Source of the DNA: Longimicrobiales bacterium
GTDB lineage: Bacteria > Gemmatimonadota > Gemmatimonadetes > Longimicrobiales > Gaopeijiaceae
Reading direction: 5' to 3'
Assembly: GCA_965248195.1 (NCBI GenBank)
Contig: CBDFIQ010000002.1
Coordinates: 3,104,001 to 3,168,000 of the forward strand
Length of the DNA: 64,000 nt
Positions 56,684 through 64,000 of the stretch are shown here, in pieces. The position numbers and the translations under genes were made by a program. Numbering within the stretch: the first letter of the stretch is position 1; each line of letters starts with the position of its first letter. The notes under the pieces were generated by a model. It was not told the origin of the DNA. It did no database searches and saw nothing but the letters and a program-made list of their open reading frames with translations.

Positions 56684-58429
56684 ATGAAGCACCTTCACGT
56701 GCTGCTTCGTAGTGCCGTTCTTGCGCTTACGCTGGGGGTCGTCAGCGCCAACGCACAGATCAGTGATTTCCAACCGGTTACCGACGAGGTCCTGCGTAAT
56801 CCCTCTGACGCTGACTGGCTTCAGTGGCGACGCACCTACGATGGCTGGGCATACAGCCCGCTCGACCAGATCAACCGCGAGAACGTGCGGAATCTACAGC
56901 TGGTGTGGTCTAGAGCGTTGAACACCGGACAGGTAGAGCTCATCCCGCTCGTGTATGATGGAGTCATGTACATCCCCCATCCTGGGGGTGTCATCGAGGC
57001 GGTGGACGCCACGACGGGTGATCTGATTTGGCGATACCGCCACGCTCCCCCGGAAGGCGGCAGCGGTTTCTCGGGAAATCGGGGTACCCGGAACATCGCG
57101 ATCTATGACGACAAGATTTTTTTCGCAGCGCCAGTCGGGGGTTTTCTCATTGCTCTTGACGCCCGAACGGGAGCGGTGGTCTGGGAAACGCTGATAGAGG
57201 CCAAGGCTCGCCACTCATCCGGCCCAATCGTAGTTGGTGGCAAGGTCCTCACGGGAAGGTCCTGTAGTACCGGCACCGCTGGTATAGAAGGAGGCTGCTT
57301 CATTGCCGCTCACGATGCCGAGACGGGCGAGGAATTGTGGCGCAGGTTCACCATTGCCCGGCCAGGTGAGCCCGGTGGCGATAGTTGGGGTGGCCTTCCT
57401 TTCGACCGCCGGTGGCACGTATCGGCCTGGATGCCTGGCACCTACGATCCGGGGCTCGACTTGGTATACTGGGGCACTGGGGTTCCCGGCCCCTATCCTG
57501 CGATAGCGCGCGGCGCAGTGGGTGGCGATCTGCTGTATTCCAACTCCACGCTCGCCTTGAACCCGGAGACAGGTGAAATCGCCTGGTACTACCAGCATCT
57601 GCCTGGGGACGAGTTGGATATGGACCACGTCTATGAGCGAATTCTAGTGGACATCTCTTTTGAGCCTTCGGCTGAGCTCGAGTGGTACAACTCCGCCGCT
57701 GCGGGCGAGGAGCGAAAGGTGCTGTGGGTGGCTGGAAAAGCGGGCACCCAGTTCGTGCTCGATCGGGAGACCGGGGAGTTCCTGTGGGCACGACCGCTGG
57801 TTCACCAGAACGTCATAGCTGATATCGATGAGACCGGTCGTGTCATCAGAAACGCCGCCCTTGTCCACGAGGTCTTCGGCGACGTTTTGGTCGCTGGTCC
57901 CAGGGCTGGGAAAGACTGGTGGTATGGAACCTATAGCCCGCTCACCGACGCCGTATATCAGCCGCTTCTCAACGCGTGGCTCGAGCAGACGAGTACCGAT
58001 TGGGATGGCACCGGTAATGGGGCTATACGGAGAACTATCCCTTCGCCCGATCAGACGGGATTCGCTGGAATGGTCAAGGGGTACAACGTTTCGACCGGCG
58101 AGCTCTTGTGGGAATATCACCAAGCCGCGCCGTGGCTCGGTGGGCTGGTTTCGACCGGCGGTGGCTTACTCTTCGGCGGTGACATCAATCGGAGATTCCG
58201 GGCGCTGGATCAGGAGACTGGGGAGGTGCTGTGGGAGTCAATCCTGAACAGCAGGATCACGGGCGGCGCTATCAGCTATGCGGTTGATGGCCGGCAGTAC
58301 ATTGCGGTCGCGTCGGGCGGTGGAAGTTCGAGCTCATACGAGACCTTCAGCCTTACGCCCGATCTGGATCTGGAGGCGCCACGGGGCGGTAACACCGTCT
58401 TCGTCTTCGCGTTACCCGAGTCCGAATAA
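56684..58429 (+). CDS. PQQ-dependent dehydrogenase-type beta-propeller
   Basis: DWLQWRR, YSPLDQIN--NV--L-L-W, PLV-DG-MY, LDMD, DG-QY-AV; signal peptide. Confidence 0.9.
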   Translation: MKHLHVLLRSAVLALTLGVVSANAQISDFQPVTDEVLRNPSDADWLQWRRTYDGWAYSPLDQINRENVRNLQLVWSRALNTGQVELIPLVYDGVMYIPHPGGVIEAVDATTGDLIWRYRHAPPEGGSGFSGNRGTRNIAIYDDKIFFAAPVGGFLIALDARTGAVVWETLIEAKARHSSGPIVVGGKVLTGRSCSTGTAGIEGGCFIAAHDAETGEELWRRFTIARPGEPGGDSWGGLPFDRRWHVSAWMPGTYDPGLDLVYWGTGVPGPYPAIARGAVGGDLLYSNSTLALNPETGEIAWYYQHLPGDELDMDHVYERILVDISFEPSAELEWYNSAAAGEERKVLWVAGKAGTQFVLDRETGEFLWARPLVHQNVIADIDETGRVIRNAALVHEVFGDVLVAGPRAGKDWWYGTYSPLTDAVYQPLLNAWLEQTSTDWDGTGNGAIRRTIPSPDQTGFAGMVKGYNVSTGELLWEYHQAAPWLGGLVSTGGGLLFGGDINRRFRALDQETGEVLWESILNSRITGGAISYAVDGRQYIAVASGGGSSSSYETFSLTPDLDLEAPRGGNTVFVFALPESE

Positions 58430-58530
58430 GAATATTTCCTAAGGCCCTACGGGGATTATCCGCTCGGCAGCCTCCTCAGCAACACCCGTCGGAACTGCAC
58501 CGGATGGCTCTCGCTCCTGCGCCAGGCGCC

Positions 58531-59616
58531 TCAGCGCCGCACCGCCGTCAGACCACGGATGATCCGGCGCAGCTCTGTCGCCTGTCCCGCGGCTTCCAGC
58601 TCGCTCCACATCAGGTCGACTGCCTGCTGATCGACGAGACCGGGGGGACTGCCGCCGGACCCAGAGTGCGAGATCGCGTGGTCCGCCCGGAACGCGTCCA
58701 CGGCCGCGGCGATCTCGGCGTCGTAGTACAACGAACCGCCCGCACGCTCGAGCGTCTCGACTTGGCTCCGGTAGTAGCCCAGGGCGTGCATGATGAGCTT
58801 CACTTGCCAAACGTCGTTGCCCGCCTGCTGCGAGAGCTCACGGTAGCCGAGCGTGCCGGAGATCGTGGAATAGATGCGCCGCAGCTCGGCGACCGGCGTC
58901 GCGTGCTCGCACACGTTGACGTGCACGGTCTGGCCGTCCTCGCGTCGCGCCATCCCTTCCCTGGGATCGACGACGATCACTGCAGCCGACTGAAGACGGC
59001 CCTTGCGGCGGTCGCCCCCTTCGGCCTGCCCCGCCGCCAGCGCCTCGATGAGGCGGTCTGCGAGGTGTCGCTCCGAGCCCTCACTCGCCTCGAAGGTCGC
59101 CGCGACGGCATCCACAACCTCGGGACCGACGAGGGAGTTGCCCTGCGTAGCATAGTTGGGGCCCGAGCGGTGCCCTTTCCAGTCACTAGGCCCGGCCCCG
59201 GTGTGCTGAGCCGAGCGTCCGTCGACCGAGACGACACCGATCTGTCTCCGCTGCGCGCTTTCATCGGCCGCGGTCGCCCGGTCGAGCGCCTCCTGCGGGC
59301 CGAACCCCTGCTCGAGCATGTCGAGCAGCTCCTTGCCGTATTCCGTGCGCGTCGAGGCCTGGGTCGCGACCGCGCCCACACCGGCTCTCACCCACGGAAC
59401 TCCGTTGCCGACGCACGCTACACGGGTCGTTACGGCCACACCGGACTCGCCCGTCACCGGGTCGACGGCCGCGATGGAGAAGGTGTGGAAGACGAGCTCC
59501 TCACCCCAGGAGACCGGCTCTTGGGTGAGCGCGCCAACGGGGCCGAGTGCCGTGGCGCCCGCGAAAGCGAGACCCGCCAGGGCGAGTCGTGGATACGGGC
59601 GAGGGATGCGGATCAT
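58531..59616 (-). CDS. DUF1028 family (Ntn-hydrolase-like) protein with C-terminal peptidoglycan-binding-like domain
   Basis: HTFSI-A-DP-TGE-GVAV, GVGAVATQ, RQ, QGN-L, GGD-R---QSAA. Confidence 0.88.
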   Translation of the reverse strand: MIRIPRPYPRLALAGLAFAGATALGPVGALTQEPVSWGEELVFHTFSIAAVDPVTGESGVAVTTRVACVGNGVPWVRAGVGAVATQASTRTEYGKELLDMLEQGFGPQEALDRATAADESAQRRQIGVVSVDGRSAQHTGAGPSDWKGHRSGPNYATQGNSLVGPEVVDAVAATFEASEGSERHLADRLIEALAAGQAEGGDRRKGRLQSAAVIVVDPREGMARREDGQTVHVNVCEHATPVAELRRIYSTISGTLGYRELSQQAGNDVWQVKLIMHALGYYRSQVETLERAGGSLYYDAEIAAAVDAFRADHAISHSGSGGSPPGLVDQQAVDLMWSELEAAGQATELRRIIRGLTAVRR

Positions 59617-59822
59617 GTCGAGGTTCCCGTCCTGGTGGTGACTTCGGCGGAGGCTCGGCCGCGTGGCGGGGCCTGAGCTCCGGGAGCAGACTGAGGTCAA
59701 CATCATATGCGGGGGCCGGTAGTGGACGCCATGCCCCTAGGATGCCTATGCTTTCCGAGCGGCGGTGTCCAATTATGTGGGTATCAAACGCGGCAGGCTT
59801 CCTGACACAGAAAGGATCCGAC

Positions 59823-60926
59823 ATGTCGACCAACAGCGAGAAGTGCACGCGCCTGCACGGTGGGCTGATTCTGTTGACGCTCCTGACGCTGGCCTGCGCC
59901 GCCCCGGATGAGCAGGGAGACATTCCGCGATTCCGCGTGGACCCGTTCTGGGCCAGCGAGCTGCCGAACAACTGGATGCTGGGACAGGTCTCCGGCGTGG
60001 CGGTCGACGACCGGGACCATGTCTGGATCGTCCACCGGTCGCGCACGCTCGACGCCAGACAGCGCGGCGAGGAAGGGATGTGCTGCGTGCCGGCGCCGCC
60101 GGTGATCGAGTTTGACCCGGAGGGAAGCGTCGTGCGCTCGTGGGGCGGACCCGGTGAAGGCTTCGAGTGGCCCGAGAACGAGCACGGTATCCACGTCGAC
60201 CCCCAGGGCAACGTCTGGATCGGCGGCAACGGAGCGGGCGACGCCCACGTGCTCAAGTTCACGGCCGATGGCGAGTTCCTGCTGCAGATCGGGCGGGCCG
60301 GCCAGAGCGGCGGCAGCAACGACACGGGGAACCTGGGCCGCCCGGCCTCGATCGAAGTGGACCCGGCGGCGGGCGAGGTCTACATCGCCGACGGCTACGG
60401 CAATCGCCGTGTGATCGTGTTCGACTCGGAGACCGGAGAGTACCAACGGCACTGGGGAGCCTACGGGGAGCGCCCGGACGACACGGACCTGCCGCCGTAC
60501 GACCCGGGGGCTGAGCCGATCCGCCATTTCCGCAGCCCAGTGCACGGCGTCGCCATCGCGCACGACGGTCTGGTCTATGTGGCCGACCGGACGAACAACC
60601 GCCTTCAGGTGTTCCAGAAGGATGGCCAGTTCGTGACCGAAGCGTTCGTGCGAACCGAGACGCTCGGCAGTGGCTCAGCGTCCGGCGTGACCCTCTCGGA
60701 GGATGCAGCCCAGCGGTGGCTCTTCATTCCGGACGGGACCAACAACGTGGTGTGGATCCTGGACCGGTCCTCGCTCGAAGTAGTGGATTACTTCGGACGG
60801 CTCGGCAAGAACGCCGGCCAGTTCTACCGGCTGCACAACCTGGCCATCGACTCGCGGGGCAACCTGTACACCACCGAGGTCAACGTGGGACAGCGCCTGC
60901 AGAAGTTCGACCGGGTGGGAGGATGA
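59823..60926 (+). CDS. PAL-like NHL-repeat lipoprotein
   Basis: Lipobox TLAC; EHGI, ADGYGNRRV, VHGV, ADRTNNRLQ, LHNL; vicinal CC in MCCVPAPP. Confidence 0.88.
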   Translation: MSTNSEKCTRLHGGLILLTLLTLACAAPDEQGDIPRFRVDPFWASELPNNWMLGQVSGVAVDDRDHVWIVHRSRTLDARQRGEEGMCCVPAPPVIEFDPEGSVVRSWGGPGEGFEWPENEHGIHVDPQGNVWIGGNGAGDAHVLKFTADGEFLLQIGRAGQSGGSNDTGNLGRPASIEVDPAAGEVYIADGYGNRRVIVFDSETGEYQRHWGAYGERPDDTDLPPYDPGAEPIRHFRSPVHGVAIAHDGLVYVADRTNNRLQVFQKDGQFVTEAFVRTETLGSGSASGVTLSEDAAQRWLFIPDGTNNVVWILDRSSLEVVDYFGRLGKNAGQFYRLHNLAIDSRGNLYTTEVNVGQRLQKFDRVGG

Positions 60927-60965
60927 GGAGGGCCGCGCGCCGGTCGAGCGCCTCGCCCCCGCACC

Positions 60966-63203
60966 TCACCTCAGCACGTCGAATTGGCGGCTGTACTTGA
61001 TGATGAAGGTCCGGTTGATCGGACCCAGGCCTTCCAGTGCTTGCGTCGCGTTGTACACGATAAACAAACCCGAGCCGGCACCCGAAGCGTTCAACAATGC
61101 GAACCGGAGGTACCCACTCCAGTTTTCGTCCCGGTCGTTGTACTGGATGAGTGATTGGAAGTTTACCTGTGGCGTAAAGCTGTAGTTGAAGCGGGCCTGA
61201 CCCAGATTCGTGACGAAGGCACCCCAGGGGAGATCGATCTCCTGCCAAGTCCACCCCATGGACGCGGTGAACTTGCCTCCGCTTCGCACACGCAGGGTGT
61301 TGTTAATGGAGGTCTGAGTTCCGGACAAGAAACCTCCCAGCACCAAGTTGGTGCTGAAAGACACGGTACGCCTCGAGTCGGTACTCACGCGCGCTTCGGT
61401 GTGGACGTAGTCGTACTCCCCCGCCGGTACCACCACGCCCGGAGAAATCTCGAAGGGCACTTGGAAGCCCTCCGAATTGACGTCGACCAAAGGACTGAAT
61501 CCCCACCCGTTCTCGAAATCGACGGGGAGGTGCATGTGCCAGATCTGCTCCTCCTTGAAGCCATCGAGATCCCAGAAGGTGGTCAACTGGGTATGAGGAT
61601 TCAGCTGGCGAAGCCAGGCGATATTGGGCGCCTGATACCTCCAAGCAATACGGAAGTCAGACGACCGGAACGACCCTCGCCTCAAGAAACCCACTTCCGG
61701 GTTGAAGCCGTCGCCGACTTGTGTGTACTCGACGCTGTTCTCCAAACCGCCTCGCCTGTACTCTCCACGGAAGTTATACGCCATCTCGTCACCACTCTCG
61801 CCAGGGGTGACCGTCCGTGAGATGAAGCCACGCAGGTCCGTGTACTGGCCCGCCCCAAGCCTGCCGTCTAGGCCGAACGTGCGATTCCAGTCGTCGGACG
61901 CGGAACCGGATCCCATCGCGTCTCGATTCACCACGATCGCCCCCAAACTGGACCGGTTCGGCAACTCGCGGCTCACGCGGGCCATCGAATAGTTGTTGTA
62001 TGGCGTGAGCACTGCTCGCGGATCAACAAGACTCTCGGTCGCCAGAAGCCGATCGGTCTGCATGGTGAGGAAGGCGAGGTTGAACTGGCCGGCTCTCCCA
62101 CTCATGCGGGCGCCACCCAGGATCGGGACCGCCGCTCTGGTGGACGCGTCGACGCCGATCCTCCGGCTGAAGAAGAGGTCGACCCCGGGCTTGCCCGCTG
62201 CGAACAGGCCCGCGTTCTCGAGAAAGAACGGTCGCTTCTCGGGAAAGCGAACGTTGAAGCGCGTCAGGTTGACCACCTGCTGATCGACTTCGACCTGCGC
62301 GAAGTCGGTGTTATACGTGAGATCCAAGGTCAGACTCGGCGTCACACCGTACTTCACATCGAGGCCGAAAGCGCCGTCGAGGTCTGCCTCGGTCTCCAGA
62401 GGGTTCGTATATGCACGCGAGGCCGAGCCCACCGCGTAGGGTGTGACCTTGAGATTTCGCGGTTCCTCCAGCTCGAGGCCGTGAAGCTCTCCCGCTTGCG
62501 AGAGCCGGTAGAGGTTATAGACCTGCCCGATAGGGGCCCAAAACAGCTGCTCGCGGCTGCGGCTGATGTTACGCTGGAAGTTCACTCCCCAAACCTGGGG
62601 CTTCGTCCCGTAGCGAAGGCTGCTGAGCGGAATCTCGAACTCGGCCGTCCAACCCACGTCGGTCACACGGGTGCGCACCGTCCAACTGGCATCCCAGTTT
62701 CGATTGAAGCCCGCTCCCGAGCCCACATTCGAAGTAGATCGGCCGCCGCCCCTGATGCCCCCACCCTCGTTCGTGACCTGGCCGTCGAACTCGATTCCTG
62801 CAGGGTTGGTCCCGAAAACAAATCCATTCTGCCGATCATGGTAGGTGTCGAAGATGATCTGGAACGAGTCCATGCCGCCCAGCCCCGAGTCGCGACGACT
62901 GTCGGTGACCAAGATTTCGTCGGGCTCACTGTCGTAGAGGATCGCTCCGATGAAGATCGCGCTTTCGTCGTAGAGGATCCGGATCTCGGTCCTCTCAGTC
63001 GCGGGGTTACCCACGATGGGCGCCTGCTGGACGAATCCGGTGAAGGGCTCGGCCCGTGCCCAAACCGCGTCGTCGATGAACCCGTCGATCGTCGGGGCTT
63101 CGTCGACAAGCGTCGCCCACCCAACCCGGCTGGTGTTCTGCCCCGAGACCATCGCAGCCGAGAAAAGCATCGCGACGGGGACGATGAACGTGAAACGTAT
63201 CAT
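60966..63203 (-). CDS. DUF5916 / CBM9-like domain outer-membrane protein, copy 2
   Basis: Same motifs as 51596-53920 (NTDFAQVE-D, NLTRF---FPEKR-FFLE, FFSRRIG). Confidence 0.88.
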   Translation of the reverse strand: MIRFTFIVPVAMLFSAAMVSGQNTSRVGWATLVDEAPTIDGFIDDAVWARAEPFTGFVQQAPIVGNPATERTEIRILYDESAIFIGAILYDSEPDEILVTDSRRDSGLGGMDSFQIIFDTYHDRQNGFVFGTNPAGIEFDGQVTNEGGGIRGGGRSTSNVGSGAGFNRNWDASWTVRTRVTDVGWTAEFEIPLSSLRYGTKPQVWGVNFQRNISRSREQLFWAPIGQVYNLYRLSQAGELHGLELEEPRNLKVTPYAVGSASRAYTNPLETEADLDGAFGLDVKYGVTPSLTLDLTYNTDFAQVEVDQQVVNLTRFNVRFPEKRPFFLENAGLFAAGKPGVDLFFSRRIGVDASTRAAVPILGGARMSGRAGQFNLAFLTMQTDRLLATESLVDPRAVLTPYNNYSMARVSRELPNRSSLGAIVVNRDAMGSGSASDDWNRTFGLDGRLGAGQYTDLRGFISRTVTPGESGDEMAYNFRGEYRRGGLENSVEYTQVGDGFNPEVGFLRRGSFRSSDFRIAWRYQAPNIAWLRQLNPHTQLTTFWDLDGFKEEQIWHMHLPVDFENGWGFSPLVDVNSEGFQVPFEISPGVVVPAGEYDYVHTEARVSTDSRRTVSFSTNLVLGGFLSGTQTSINNTLRVRSGGKFTASMGWTWQEIDLPWGAFVTNLGQARFNYSFTPQVNFQSLIQYNDRDENWSGYLRFALLNASGAGSGLFIVYNATQALEGLGPINRTFIIKYSRQFDVLR

Positions 63204-63433
63204 TTGGTCATTCCGATGAAGCCCTCAGACAACTGGATCGGATATCGGCGCGCTCCGTGATCTGACAAAGAGCAACATCCTATGGAGTGGGTCGGGAGAT
63301 GCAAGCAGTGGGCCATCGCCTTTCCGGAGATCGCGCCTGGCTACCTCGGAATCGAACGACAGCGACCGACGTGCGCGCAGCCGACCTCCGCGTACATTGA
63401 CGATCAAGTTTTCTTCTTCGATAGGAAGGAGCC

Positions 63434-64000
63434 ATGAGACCCTCGATCCTCGGTTCGCTCCGATTCGCTCTGGCGGCGGCGGTCGCGCTCACGACCACGA
63501 GCTGCACGGAGCAGACGGCCCTCCTCGAATGTGACGCCGACAACGGCGGCATCCAGCTTCCAGACGGGTTCTGCGCGTTCGTCGTCGCGGACGCTCTCGG
63601 CGCGGCACGGCACCTGGACGTGGCCCCGAACGGCGACATCTTCGTGGCGATCCGTAACCAGCCGAACGCATCAGGCGGGATCATCGCCTTGCGCGACACC
63701 GACGGAGACGGCCGGGCGGACCTCGAGGAGCGATTCGGCGAGGACGGCGGAACGAGCATACAGCTGCGAGGCGACTATCTGTACTTCGGTCGCGACAACG
63801 CGATCGTCCGCTACCCGATGACATCAGGCGAGCTCGTGCCGGACGGGCCTGCCGAGGTGATCGCGACGTTACCGGATCAGCGATCCCACGCGTCCAAGGG
63901 CTTCGCCTTCGACGGTGAGGGCGGGTTGTACGTGAACGTCGGCGCGCCCGCGAACGCATGTCAGGCGCAGGATCGAGAGCCCGGAGTCCCCGGCATGGAC
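63434..64000 (+). CDS. PQQ-dependent sugar/sorbosone dehydrogenase family lipoprotein, 5' partial
   Basis: Manual translation: MRPSILG...TTSC...GGIQLPDGFCA-V-AD---ARHL-V-PNGD...LRDTDGDGRAD...H--K---F...LYVNVGAPANAC; AGGAG RBS; runs off the window. Confidence 0.85.
   Translation, partial: MRPSILGSLRFALAAAVALTTTSCTEQTALLECDADNGGIQLPDGFCAFVVADALGAARHLDVAPNGDIFVAIRNQPNASGGIIALRDTDGDGRADLEERFGEDGGTSIQLRGDYLYFGRDNAIVRYPMTSGELVPDGPAEVIATLPDQRSHASKGFAFDGEGGLYVNVGAPANACQAQDREPGVPGMD

Overview
GC-rich bacterial window, probably Gemmatimonadota (inferred from the kinase/TolB-propeller family and its typical MSDAVTRLNAALE N-terminus). No rRNA, tRNA or CRISPR array is visible. It opens with the left end of an IS256-family element inserted into an NhaP-type antiporter gene. 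At 5-11 kb is a sigma-54 module: GAF-AAA+ activator, atypical thioredoxin, exported truncated haemoglobin and a tandem two-domain cytochrome P460, with rearrangement scars. About 50 kb of mostly exported enzymes follow: amidohydrolases, PQQ propellers, DUF1592/DUF1552/ankyrin, an octaheme cytochrome and two DUF5916 barrels. Best candidate for an undescribed system: the operon at 39943-42686. Its first protein looks like a PmoC/AmoC-PmoA/AmoA fusion keeping both D/N-x3-H...H copper-site motifs, and its second has a PmoB-like layout (His at the mature N-terminus, soluble-2TM-soluble), suggesting a deeply divergent copper membrane monooxygenase-like complex. A second candidate is a dispersed PAM-like toolkit: two cytochrome c-fused PHM-type copper monooxygenases, each paired with an HCC(Y/W)TN protein, plus five PAL-like NHL propellers. 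All calls come from reading motifs by eye, reference motifs were recalled from memory, and no database search was run.
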